DNA of 64,000 nt, from assembly GCA_965225945.1 (NCBI GenBank), contig CBDDBZ010000034.1, forward strand, positions 320,001 to 384,000, in the 5' to 3' direction. Shown here piece after piece: positions 8,597 to 19,935 of the stretch (its first letter is position 1; every line of letters begins with the position of its first letter). The translations under genes and the position numbers were made by a program. The stretch comes from Alphaproteobacteria bacterium. GTDB lineage: Bacteria; Pseudomonadota; Alphaproteobacteria; GCA-2731375. A model generated the notes under the pieces. The model had not been told where the DNA came from, did no database searches, and was given only the letters and a program-made list of their open reading frames with translations.

Positions 8597-10605
8597 GTGC
8601 GCCAGGCGAACTGGCAGAAGGTAGGGGGTGCAAGTCCCCCGGAACGAAGGAGTAACCGAACCACGTTTCTCCGCGAGCCGTGCGTTGGCTCCCGTGAGGG
8701 GGCAGGCGAAGCGTCGGTAGCGGCATGGATGGGCAGGGCTATTGAGCACCGTAAAAGCGATGGTCCGGGGTGCCGAGGCTTTCAGATCGGTCGAAGGCAA
8801 TATCGCAGGCGTCGTTTTGGTGAGATGTCGGCGAGCCCCGCGGTGTCAGAGAACCCATGCACGTTCGCACGCCTTCTGTTGGGACCCTGGGAGGTCTTCA
8901 AACTGCCCCGGTTGTCGTAAAGGGGCCGCGTAGGGAATGGAGAAAACCGAAGCCTATGATGAACGGTTTGAAGAAGTCGGATGAGGCCGTACGACCTGTG
9001 AGGGCGGCGAACAAGGGAGCGCGAGCTTCTGCGGAGTCGCCGGAGGAAAGGGCCTCAACCAAGGGGAATCCGGATTGCCAAAGCACGCGCCGAACCCAGT
9101 GTCGGGTGGCAGGTCTCTTCGATGAGACGACCGGCCAGCGCCGAGTTCTCCCGGTCTGCGACCAAGCGTGCCACAGGCGGCGGCCCGGATACGGAAAGCT
9201 GCAGAGAGAAACCCGAAGGAACGTCTCACTGCGCTCTTCCACCACATTACGCCGGACGCGCTCGGTGCGGCCTACTTCGCATTGAAGAAGGACGCAGCAG
9301 CCGGTGTCGACGGCGTTACGTGGGACATGTACGGCGAGGGTCTGGATGAGCGCCTGCTCGACCTGCACCGGCGCCTGCACAGAGGGGGAGCGTACCGGGC
9401 GCCGCCGGTTCGGCGGGTAGAGATACCCAAGCCGGACGGGGGGACACGACCGCTCGGGATCGCGGCGCTGGAGGACAAGGTCGTCCAGAAGGCGGTTGTG
9501 GATGTGATCCTGACACCGATCTACGAGGTGGTGTTTCTTGGCTTCAGCTACGGGTTCCGACCGGGGCGGGGGGCGCACGATGCGCTCGATGCCCTGGCCT
9601 TCGGGATAAAACGGCGCAAGGTCAGCTGGATAGTCGATGCAGACCTCCGGGCGTACTTCGACACGATCCCGCGGGATTGGTTGATCACGTTCCTAGAGCA
9701 CCGCATCGGAGACAGGCGGGTCATCCGTCTGATAGAGCACCGCATCGGAGACAGGCGGGTCATCCGTCTGGAAATGGCTGAACGCCGGCGTCATAGAGAG
9801 TGGGTCATGGGCAGATACGGGTATGGGCACGCCGCAGGGGGCAATAGTCTCCCCCGTCTTGGCGAACGTGTTCCTGCATTACGTGCTCGACTTGTGGTTC
9901 CACAAGAAATGGCGCCCGAACGTCCCGGATGGCGAAGCGATCATCGTCCGTTACGCTGACGATATCGTTGTCGGGTTCCAACACAAGCGGGATGCGGAGC
10001 GGTACCTCCGCGACGTTCGGGAGAGGCTGGCCCGGTTCGGTCTCAGCCTCCACCAGGACAAGACCCGCCTCGTGGAGTTTGGCCGGTTCGCGGATTTGAA
10101 CCGGCGCCAGCGCGGGGTGGGCAAGCCGGAGACTTTCGACTTTCTGGGCCTCACGCACTATTGCACGACGACCCTGAGAGGACGCTTTCGGCTTGGTCGC
10201 AAACCGGTCGCCAAACGGGTCAACAGGACCCTGGCGCGCATCGACGAGGTGCTCCGCAAGCGCTGGCACCACGACATCTGGGAAGTTGGTAGGTGGCTGG
10301 GGCGAGTCTGCAATGGCTGGCTCAACTACTTTGCCGTCCCAGGGTCAGGCCGGTTCATCCGTGCGTTCCTCCGCAGGCTGCAACGCCGGTGGATGCGGGC
10401 GCTACGCCGCCGGTCCCAGCGAGCCCGATTTAGTTGGAAGCGACTGGAGCGCATGACCGAAATCCTGTGGCCACGCGCCTCCATCCGCCACCCATGGCCG
10501 GACCAGCGGTTTGCCGTCAAGCACCCGAGGTAGGAGCCGGATGGTTCAACGACCACGTCCGGATCTGCGCGGGGGGTGCGCAGCAATGCGCATTCCTACC
10601 GTAAC
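8597..10605 (+). mobile_element. Group II intron (resembles bacterial class E; IEP without endonuclease domain)
   Basis: 5' GTGCG at 8597; D5 GGAGCCGGATGGTTCAACGACCACGTCCGGATCTG right after the IEP stop; D6 GGGGGTGCGCAGCAATGCGCATTCCTACCGTAAC ending AC at 10605; excision restores the host frame. Class assignment is by resemblance only. Confidence 0.9.
9168..10533 (+). pseudogene. ltrA: Group II intron reverse transcriptase/maturase, frameshifted at about 9770
   Basis: RT0 AAGVDG, IPKPDGGTRPLGI, SYGFRPGR, DADLRAYFD in one frame; KWLNAG, GTPQGAIVSPVLAN, YADD, FDFLG and X-domain GWLNYF in another; 39-nt tandem duplication at the junction. Confidence 0.85.
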
Positions 10606-11088
10606 TCGGAGGTCGACCTCACCGGCGTCGATCTCGCCGGGGTGGATCTCTCGGCCGCCAAGCTCGAGCGGGCGAGCATGGCCGGCGTCGACCTCACCGG
10701 TGGGCGGCTTACCATGACGGACGCGGGCGGCACGCTGCTGGTGGGGGCGCAGCTTCGCAACTCGGATCTCCGCGGCATTAAGCTGGATAACGCCAACCTC
10801 GGCGAGGCCGATCTGGTCGGCGCCAACCTCTCGCCGATGCAGATCAATGCGCGCGGCAACCTCGACTGGCCCTCGAGCCTCGTCCGCGTGCTGCTGGACG
10901 GCGCCGACCTCTCCGGCGCCAATCTCCGAGGCGCGATCCTGAAGGAGGTCTCGGCCAAAGGCGCCGTCTTTCGCGACGCCGACCTCACCGACGCGGTGCT
11001 GACCGACGCCGATCTGACCGGCGCCAACCTGCGCGAGGCCACGATGGTGGGCGCCGATATCCGAGGCGTGGTGGGCTTGAAGCTGTAG
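10606..11088 (+). CDS. Pentapeptide-repeat protein, exon 2
   Basis: SEVDLTGVDLAGVDL... continues exon 1 in frame; spliced product 435 aa. Confidence 0.85.
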   Translation, partial: SEVDLTGVDLAGVDLSAAKLERASMAGVDLTGGRLTMTDAGGTLLVGAQLRNSDLRGIKLDNANLGEADLVGANLSPMQINARGNLDWPSSLVRVLLDGADLSGANLRGAILKEVSAKGAVFRDADLTDAVLTDADLTGANLREATMVGADIRGVVGLKL

Positions 11089-11102
11089 GGAGCCTCGCCC
11101 TC

Positions 11103-12914
<1,812 letters not shown>

Positions 12915-12949
12915 GGGTTTGCATCGTCCCTCGTCGACGGCCGCTCCGC

Positions 12950-13750
12950 TCAACCACCCCGGGCGCGGCGCACGATTTCCAGCACGCGGGGTTGGAGCGC
13001 CTCGTTGCCGGCCACCACCGCGCCGTCGCTCAGCATGTCCGCGCCGCCCGCGAGATCGGTCACGAAGCCGCCGGCCTCCCTGACCAGCAGGATCCCGGCG
13101 GCGACATCCCAAGCGCCGAGGCCGCGCTGCCAATAGACGTCGAAGCGGCCAGCCGCGACATAGGCGAGGTCGAGCGCGGCGGCGCCATAGCGCCGCAGAC
13201 TCGCGACCTCGGGCATGATTGCGCGCACCTCGCCCAGGAAGGCGTCGTAATCGTCGCCGTGACCATGGGCGATGCCGGTGGCGACCAGGGCGTCGGACAG
13301 TTGGCCGCGGCTGGAGACCCGGAGCCGGCGGTCGTTCAGATAGGCGCCGGCGCCCCGCTCGGCCCAAAACATCTCGTCGGCGACCGGATTGTAGGTGACG
13401 CCGGCGACGATTTCGCCCCGGTTCTCCAAGGCCACCGTGGTGGCGAAGTGCGGCACGCCGTGGAGAAAGTTCGCCGTGCCGTCCAGCGGATCGATGATCC
13501 AGCGGACATGGGGGTCCTTACCGACGATCGCGCCGCTCTCCTCCATCAGGAAGCCGAAGTCGGGCCGCGCCCGGGCCAGTTCCTCGCTGAGCGTCTTCTC
13601 CGCCTTCATGTCGGCGATGGAGACGAAATCCCCCGGCCCCTTGCGGCTGACCTGGAGCTGCTCGACCTCGCCGAAGTCCCTGATCAGGCCACGCGCCGCC
13701 TTATGCACGGCCTTGACCATGACGTTCATGAGTGCCGTTCGCCGCGCCAT
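12950..13750 (-). CDS. suhB: Inositol monophosphatase SuhB
   Basis: RDFGEVEQLQVSRKGPGDFVS, EES, DPLDGT, WDVAAG; next to efp. Confidence 0.92.
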   Translation of the reverse strand: MARRTALMNVMVKAVHKAARGLIRDFGEVEQLQVSRKGPGDFVSIADMKAEKTLSEELARARPDFGFLMEESGAIVGKDPHVRWIIDPLDGTANFLHGVPHFATTVALENRGEIVAGVTYNPVADEMFWAERGAGAYLNDRRLRVSSRGQLSDALVATGIAHGHGDDYDAFLGEVRAIMPEVASLRRYGAAALDLAYVAAGRFDVYWQRGLGAWDVAAGILLVREAGGFVTDLAGGADMLSDGAVVAGNEALQPRVLEIVRRARGG

Positions 13751-13825
13751 GTGCGCCCTCCAATGGTACCCTCGGGGTGGTTGGGCCCGGAGAGGGCCGA
13801 CCTCGGGGACTTTCGAGTCGAAAAT

Positions 13826-14392
13826 TCAAGCCTCGGCGCGTTTGACGTAGCTCCCGTCGTGGGTGCTGACGACGATCCGATCGCCCTGGTTGACGAAGGG
13901 CGGCACGGTGGTCCGGAGTCCGTTCTCCAGCACCGCGGGCTTATTGGAGGAGGCCGCCGTCTGGCCCTTCACGACCGGCTCGGTCTCCGTCACTTCCAAG
14001 GCCACCTGGTCCGGCAGCTCGACGCCGATCGGCTCGCCCTCGAAGCTTTCGATGGTGATCGACATGCCCTCCCGCAGAAAGACCGTCGAAGCGCCCAACG
14101 TCTCGCCCGAGAGCTCGATCTGCTCGAAGCTCTCGGTGTCCATGAAGGTAAACCTCTCGCCATCGCCGTAGAGATACTGGTGCTCCCTCTGGTCGAGGCG
14201 CACGCGCTCGACGTTCTGGGAGGCGCGGAAGCGTTCGTTGAGCTTGCTGCCGTCGCGCAGGTTGCGCAGCTCCACCTGCAAATAGGCGCCGCCCTTGCCG
14301 GGCTGGGTGTGCTGGATCTTCACCGCACGCCAGAGCCCGCCCTTGTGCTCGATGACGTTGCCGGGGCGAATGGCGTTGCCGTTGATCTTCAT
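13826..14392 (-). CDS. efp: Elongation factor P
   Basis: PGKGGA, KGQTA, VPPFV motifs. Confidence 0.97.
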   Translation of the reverse strand: MKINGNAIRPGNVIEHKGGLWRAVKIQHTQPGKGGAYLQVELRNLRDGSKLNERFRASQNVERVRLDQREHQYLYGDGERFTFMDTESFEQIELSGETLGASTVFLREGMSITIESFEGEPIGVELPDQVALEVTETEPVVKGQTAASSNKPAVLENGLRTTVPPFVNQGDRIVVSTHDGSYVKRAEA

Positions 14393-14625
14393 GAATTAGC
14401 CATTGCTCCGTTGTCGAGGCTCCGCCCGTGACGAGCGGGCGCGGCATGATCTATCAACTCGCCACCGGCCTTGCAACGTCGGCGGCGGCGGGGCCGCCCC
14501 CCTTCGGCGCGGACTCGGGGCTTCCCGTCCCCGACCAGGAGGTGCATCCGCTCGATGTCCCGGGCCCGCGGCATAGCCGGCCAGCGCACCGGGCAGCTCG
14601 ACGAATTCACCGCCGTCGCGCGGCC

Positions 14626-15387
14626 TCAAACGTGCTGGCCGCCGTTGATGTGGAGTTCCGCGCCGGTAACGTAGCTCGACTGCTCCGTGCAGAGAAAATA
14701 GATCACCTTCGCCACCTCCTCCGGCGTGCCCAGGCGGCGCATGGGCAAGCTCGGCACCAGTTTCTCCTCGGTCTCGGGCGCCAGGATCGCGGTCTTGATC
14801 TCGCCCGGCGCGATGGCGTTGACGCGGATGCCGAGGGGGCCGAAGTCGGCCGCCATCTCCCGCGTCAGGCTGGCGAGCGCTGCCTTGGAGGTCGCATAGG
14901 CGGTGCCGGCGAAGGGATGCACCCGGCTGCCGACGATGGAGGTGACGTTGACGATCGAGCCCTGGCCCGCCTCGAGCTCGCCGGCGAGGCCTCGGGCCAG
15001 CATCACCGGGGCGAGGAAATTGACCTGGAAGACCTGGTGCCAGGTATCGATCTCGGTGCCGAGGCTGTCCAGGCGCTCGCCGTCGGGACCCTTGGGCGAG
15101 ATCCCGGCATTGTTGACCAATGCGTTCAGCATGCCGTCATCCAGGCGGGAGCGGATTTCCTCGACGCCGCGCTCGGTGTCGGCGACGTCGGCCAGATCGA
15201 TCCGCACATGATCCTCCGGCCCGGCTTCCCAGGGGCAATCCTCGGGAAAGGCTTGGCGCGAGCAGGTGATCACCCGCCACCCGGCGCTGGAGAAGCGCTT
15301 GACCGTGGCGTGCCCGATGCCCCGGCTGGCGCCGGTCAGCACCAGCGCGCGCCGTCTGTTGGAATCCGATGTCGCCATATCGCTCAT
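14626..15387 (-). CDS. SDR family oxidoreductase
   Basis: TGASRGIG, NNAG, YATSK, NAIAPG. Confidence 0.93.
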   Translation of the reverse strand: MSDMATSDSNRRRALVLTGASRGIGHATVKRFSSAGWRVITCSRQAFPEDCPWEAGPEDHVRIDLADVADTERGVEEIRSRLDDGMLNALVNNAGISPKGPDGERLDSLGTEIDTWHQVFQVNFLAPVMLARGLAGELEAGQGSIVNVTSIVGSRVHPFAGTAYATSKAALASLTREMAADFGPLGIRVNAIAPGEIKTAILAPETEEKLVPSLPMRRLGTPEEVAKVIYFLCTEQSSYVTGAELHINGGQHV

Positions 15388-15415
15388 TTAAGGCGGATGC
15401 CGGCTCGATTGCCAG

Positions 15416-16084
15416 TTAAACCGACAGGCCGGCGAGCGCCCGCCTTGCCTGCGCGATCACCGCCTCGGCGCCGCCCTCGCCGTCGAGGCGGCGCCAGTCC
15501 TCGGGGATCTCGGCCCGCCGGTGCTGGCGTCGCATTACCTCGACGGTGGCGTCGGAGGCATCGTTTCGTCTGACCTCGATACGCCGCGCGAGGGTTTCCG
15601 GGCACACCTCCAGCCATAAACCGAGGAAGGGCGCCTTCGTCTCGGCGGCCAGAGCGGCAAGGCCTGCGCGCGACTCGGCTCGGTCGTGGACGGCGTCGAC
15701 GATCACCGCCCGGCCGGCCGCGAGCACCCGGCGGGCCCGCTCGCGGAGAAAGCGATAGACCCGGCCGCTCACCTCGGGCGCGTAGGCCTCGGGCGGCAGC
15801 GGGGCTTCCATCGCGACCTCGAAGAGATGCTTGCGCGCTTCGTCGCTGCGCACCACGAGGGCGCCCGGCGGCGGGCCGAGCAGAGGCGCCAGCGCCCGCG
15901 CCAGGGTCGACTTGCCGCTCCCCGACAAGCCACCGACGGCAATGAGGCGCGTCTCGGGGGAATCGAGCGCGCGGCGGGCGAGGGCCAGATAGTCCCGGGC
16001 CTCGGCTCGCAACGAGTCGGCTCGGGCGGGCTCCGTGCCCGCCGCCGTCGTCGCCGAGACGTGCGCCCTGATCCCCGCTCTCGG
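15416..16084 (-). pseudogene. 5'-truncated bifunctional aminoglycoside-phosphotransferase-like / AAA_33 kinase (C-terminal kinase domain only)
   Basis: GLSGSGKS, RSDEARK, DAV, DASDAT; preceded in frame by RAGIRAHV..ARDYLALA (end of the APH-like domain) directly after the CDF stop; could still be expressed from TTG 16012. Confidence 0.65.
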
Positions 16085-17029
16085 TCATCGGCCGAAAACC
16101 GCGCGCTCCTCCTCCACGCCGTAAGGGTCCTGATGGATGATGACCTCGGCGTCCTGAAACTCCTCGCGAATCCAGGCCTCGACCTCGTCGGAGATCTCGT
16201 GCGCCTCCAACAGCGCCATCGCCGGGTCCATTTCCAGATGCATCTGGATGAAGGTATGGGTACCCGAGGCCCGCGTGCGCAGATCGTGCATGTCGATCAC
16301 CCGGGCGTGGCTGACGGCGATCTCGCGAATTCGCCGGCGCAAGTCGTCCGACAGCTCGCGGTCCATCAAATGGTCGCGGGCGGCGGCGAAAATCCGCCAG
16401 GCGCCATGGAGCAGATAGATGGCGATGGCGAAGCCGATCAGCGGATCGGCCCAGATCAGGCCGAACCCGGCGCCGAGCACCAGGGCCAGGATTACGCCCA
16501 AGTTCATCAGCAGGTCGCCCTTGTAATGCAGCGAATCGGCGGCGATCGCCAGCGAGCCGGTGCGCTTGACGACGGAGCGCTGGAACAGCACCAGGGCGAG
16601 GGTCAGCAGGATCGAGAAGACCAATACGGCGATGCCGATCTCGCCGGCGGCTACGGGATGGGGGCGAAAGGCCCGGTCCGCCACTTCCAGCAACAGGAAC
16701 ATGGACGAACCGGTGATGAAGGCGGCCTGCGCGAGGCCGGCCAGCGCCTCCGCCTTGCCGTGACCGAAGCGATGCTCGCGATCGGCCGGCACCAGGGCGT
16801 GGCGGATCGCCAGTAGATTGATCAGCGAGGCGAAGGCGTCGAGCCCGGAATCCATCAACGAGCCCAGGAGGGCGACGGAATCGGTCATCACCCAGGCCAC
16901 CAGCTTGGCCGAAATCAGCACCACGGCGACGCCGACGGCGGCATGGCTGGCGAGCTTCATCAGCCGCGCGGTCTCGCCGCCACCGAGCGGCGGCGCCTCC
17001 CGCGCGTGCGAATCGTGGCTCATCGTCAC
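16085..17029 (-). CDS. fieF: Cation diffusion facilitator transporter (FieF/YiiP-like)
   Basis: DSGLD, HRFGHGKAE, ADSLHYKGD, HDLRTR, IHQDP. Confidence 0.88.
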   Translation of the reverse strand: MTMSHDSHAREAPPLGGGETARLMKLASHAAVGVAVVLISAKLVAWVMTDSVALLGSLMDSGLDAFASLINLLAIRHALVPADREHRFGHGKAEALAGLAQAAFITGSSMFLLLEVADRAFRPHPVAAGEIGIAVLVFSILLTLALVLFQRSVVKRTGSLAIAADSLHYKGDLLMNLGVILALVLGAGFGLIWADPLIGFAIAIYLLHGAWRIFAAARDHLMDRELSDDLRRRIREIAVSHARVIDMHDLRTRASGTHTFIQMHLEMDPAMALLEAHEISDEVEAWIREEFQDAEVIIHQDPYGVEEERAVFGR

Positions 17030-17086
17030 CTTATCGTCGTTCTTCGCCCCCAGGTCTCCCCGGGGACTCGGGGCACGCGGGGCGTC

Positions 17087-17680
17087 TCAGGGATCGAGCC
17101 AGCGCCGCCGCCACCCTTCCTCGACGCGATCATACAGCAAGCGCTCGTGTAATCGAGACGGCCGCTCGTGCCAAAATTCGATGCGGTGCGGGCAGAGGCG
17201 AAAGCCGCTCCAATTCGGGGGTCGGGGCACCTCGCGGTCGCGGTAGCGTTCTTCCAGCGCCCGGACCCGGGCCTCGAGGGCCGAAAGGTCGTGGCGCACG
17301 CGCGATTGCTCCGAGGCCCAGGCGCCGATCTGGCTGTCGCGGGTACGGCTGGCGAAATAGGCGTCGGCGTCGGCGTCCCCCACCACTTCGACCCGGCCCT
17401 CGGCCCGCACCTGCCGGCCGATCGAGCGCCAGTAGAAGCAGATCGCACTGGCCGGCCGGGCCCGAAGCTCGACCCCCTTCTGGCTCTCGAGGTTGGTATA
17501 GAAGACGAAGCCGCGGCAATCGACGTCCTTCATCAGCACCGTACGCAGCGAGGGCGCGCCCTCGGCGTCGAGGGAGGCCAACGACATTGCGTTTGCATTG
17601 CGCGGCTCGCCCGCCTCGGCGTCGGCGTACCAGCGGCGGAACAACTCGATCGGATCGTCCAGTTCCTCGATCTTCATCAC
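17087..17680 (-). CDS. pdxH: Pyridoxamine 5'-phosphate oxidase
   Basis: R.VLMK, FYTN..S.K, YFASR, SQIGAWASEQS, PPNWSG, EFW..RLHER. Confidence 0.96.
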   Translation of the reverse strand: MMKIEELDDPIELFRRWYADAEAGEPRNANAMSLASLDAEGAPSLRTVLMKDVDCRGFVFYTNLESQKGVELRARPASAICFYWRSIGRQVRAEGRVEVVGDADADAYFASRTRDSQIGAWASEQSRVRHDLSALEARVRALEERYRDREVPRPPNWSGFRLCPHRIEFWHERPSRLHERLLYDRVEEGWRRRWLDP

Positions 17681-17706
17681 CTAGCCTCCCCGGCCGCGCA
17701 ACACAT

Positions 17707-18278
17707 GGCGTCGAGTGAATACCAAACCCGTGAGGGCGACGATGCAACGGTTTTGCCCCCTCGCGCCAGGCCCTATGCTAGCGAGAGTCGACGAAATTCC
17801 GCCGGGTCGAATGGGCGCGGTCGGGGAGGTGTGGCGATGACCAGATTGGTGAAGGCCATCCTCGCGGGCGCGCTGGCGATCATGCTCGGGGCTTGCGAAT
17901 CCGACGGCCAGAAGGAGCAGTTCGGCACCATTCTGGGCGGCGTTGCCGGCGCCCTATTGGGCGCGCAGGTAGGCTCCGGCGGCGGGCGGATGGGCGTCGA
18001 GTGAATACCAAACCCGTGAGGGCGACGATGCAACGGTTTTGCCCCCTCGCGCCAGGCCCTATGCTAGCGAGAGTCGACGAAATTCCGCCGGGTCGAATGG
18101 GCGCGGTCGGGGAGGTGTGGCGATGACCAGATTGGTGAAGGCCATCCTCGCGGGCGCGCTGGCGATCATGCTCGGGGCTTGCGAATCCGACGGCCAGAAG
18201 GAGCAGTTCGGCACCATTCTGGGCGGCGTTGCCGGCGCCCCTATTGGGCGCGCAGGTAGGCTCCGGCGGCGGGCGGAT
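17707..18278. repeat. 286-nt tandem duplication covering the promoter region and 5' half of the lipoprotein gene
   Basis: 17707-17991 is repeated from 17993; the second copy has one extra C in the run at 18238-18241. Confidence 0.92.
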
Positions 18279-18595
18279 CGCGGCGACGGCGGCGGGCACC
18301 TTGATCGGCGCCATGGTCGGCCGCTCGATCGGCCGCTCGCTCGACAAGGCGGATCGCGTGGCGATGGCCAGCGCGGGAATCACTGGAATCGGCGCCTTCG
18401 GGCGAAGTGACGAGCTGGCGCAATCCCGACACCGGCCACCACGGGACGGTGACGCCCGACCCCGCCTTTCGCAACGCCGAGGGCAGCACCTGCCGTGAAT
18501 ACCGCCAGACCGTGACCATCGGCGAGCGCACGGAGGAGGCCTACGGCACCGCCTGCCGGCAGGCCGACGGCACCTGGAAGATCGTCAACGGTTAG
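17837..18595 (+). pseudogene. 17-kDa surface antigen family (RT0821/Lpp0805) glycine-zipper lipoprotein, disrupted as assembled
   Basis: Lipobox LGAC; GTILGGVAGALLGAQVGSG; SWRNPDTG; CREYRQTVTIG...GTACRQADGTWKIV; broken by the duplication, a +1 C and a second indel near 18370. Confidence 0.8.
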
Positions 18596-19935
18596 GCCGC
18601 GGCCGTCGACACGTAGCGTTCGCCCATGACGTAGGTGGCGCGGACACAGCGGTCGTCGCCGAGCGTCATCAGCACGAACAGCTCCTCCGCCAGGCTCCGG
18701 GTCCGCTCCATCCGATGCGCCATCGCCGGCGTCGCGCCGGCATCGAGCACGATCACGTCGGCCTCGGCACCCGGCGCCAGGCCGCCGATCCGATTCCCCA
18801 GTCCGAGCGCCCGGGCGTTGCCGAGCGTCGCCAGATAAAACGCTTCGAAGGCGCCCAGCGGCTGGGACTGGAGCTGCAGGACCTTGTAGGCCTCGCCCAG
18901 GGTCGCCAGCATCGAATAGCTGGTGCCGCCGCCAACGTCGGTGGCGAGCGCGACACGGACCGGATGCGGCGCCCGCGCGGTCCGCGCGAGGTCGAACAGA
19001 CCGCTGCCGATGAAGAGGTTCGAGGTCGGGCAGAAGACCGCGACGGATTCGCTCTCGGACAGGCGGGCGAGCTCGCGCTTCGACAGATGAATGCAGTGGC
19101 CGAGCAGGCTCCTCGGCCCGAGCAGGCCGTAACGCTCGTAGACCTGGGTGTAATCCTCCGCCCAGGGGAAGAGCCTGCGGACCTCGGCGATCTCGTCGCG
19201 GTTCTCGGCCAGGTGGGTCTGCATGTGGCACTCGGGATGGGCGGCCAGCAACGCGCCGGCCGCTTCCAACTGGGCCTCGCTCGAGGTGACGGCGAAGCGC
19301 GGCGTCACCGCGTAGCCCTGGCGTCCCCGCCCGTGCCAGCGGGCGATCAGCGCCGCCGACTCGTCATGGCCGGAGCGCGCCGTATCCAGCAGCGCCGGGG
19401 GCGCGCCCCGGTCCATCAGCGACTTGCCGGCGATCATCCGGGTGCCGAGGCGCTCCGATTCCTCGAAGAAGGCCTCGATGGCGGGTGCATGGACGGTGCC
19501 ATAAACGGCGGCGGTGGTGGTGCCGTTGGCGAGCAATTCCTCCAAGAAAAAGCGGGCGATGCGACGGGCGTGCTCGGGATCGGCGAAGCGCTGCTCCTCG
19601 ACGTAGGTATAGCTCTCCAGCCAATCGAGAAGTTGCGCGCCGAAGGAGGCGATCACCTGGGTCTGGGGAAAGTGGATGTGGCTATCGATGAAGCCCGGGA
19701 GCAGCAGGTGGGGGCGGTGGTCCACCACCTCGAGGTTGGCCGCCGCGCCGGCCAGCAGCACCCCCGCCTCGCCCACGGCCCCAACGAGGCCGCCCTCGAC
19801 TAGGATCAGGCCGTCCTCGATATACTCATGGCTCGCGCTCTCGCCGACCTCCGCCGGATCGTCGAGGAAGCGCAGCACGCGGCCTCTGAGCGCCCGGGTT
19901 GGGGCCTCGCGCGGGCTCTCAGCGGCGCTCGACAC
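18592..19935 (-). CDS. guaD: Guanine deaminase
   Basis: PGFIDSHIHFPQ, TPRFA, QTHLAEN, HCIHL, CPTSNLF.GSG, TDVGGG. Confidence 0.95.
   Translation of the reverse strand: MSSAAESPREAPTRALRGRVLRFLDDPAEVGESASHEYIEDGLILVEGGLVGAVGEAGVLLAGAAANLEVVDHRPHLLLPGFIDSHIHFPQTQVIASFGAQLLDWLESYTYVEEQRFADPEHARRIARFFLEELLANGTTTAAVYGTVHAPAIEAFFEESERLGTRMIAGKSLMDRGAPPALLDTARSGHDESAALIARWHGRGRQGYAVTPRFAVTSSEAQLEAAGALLAAHPECHMQTHLAENRDEIAEVRRLFPWAEDYTQVYERYGLLGPRSLLGHCIHLSKRELARLSESESVAVFCPTSNLFIGSGLFDLARTARAPHPVRVALATDVGGGTSYSMLATLGEAYKVLQLQSQPLGAFEAFYLATLGNARALGLGNRIGGLAPGAEADVIVLDAGATPAMAHRMERTRSLAEELFVLMTLGDDRCVRATYVMGERYVSTAAA

Noticed and set aside
7616-8920. 434-aa track ORF taken as the full pentapeptide gene
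   Set aside because: Its C-terminus is read-through into intron RNA; the true continuation is at 10606.
8857-9285. 142-aa ORF inside the intron
   Set aside because: It overlaps structured intron domains and the RT start in another frame; no evidence for a separate gene.
9168-10533. RT as part of a retron, DGR or defence system, with the duplications as template/variable repeats
   Set aside because: Intron ends, D5/D6 and the X domain are present, and the duplications show indels rather than adenine-specific substitutions.
14393-14625. Short ORFs between the SDR gene and efp
   Set aside because: No recognisable motif or RBS; left unannotated, though a remnant cannot be excluded.
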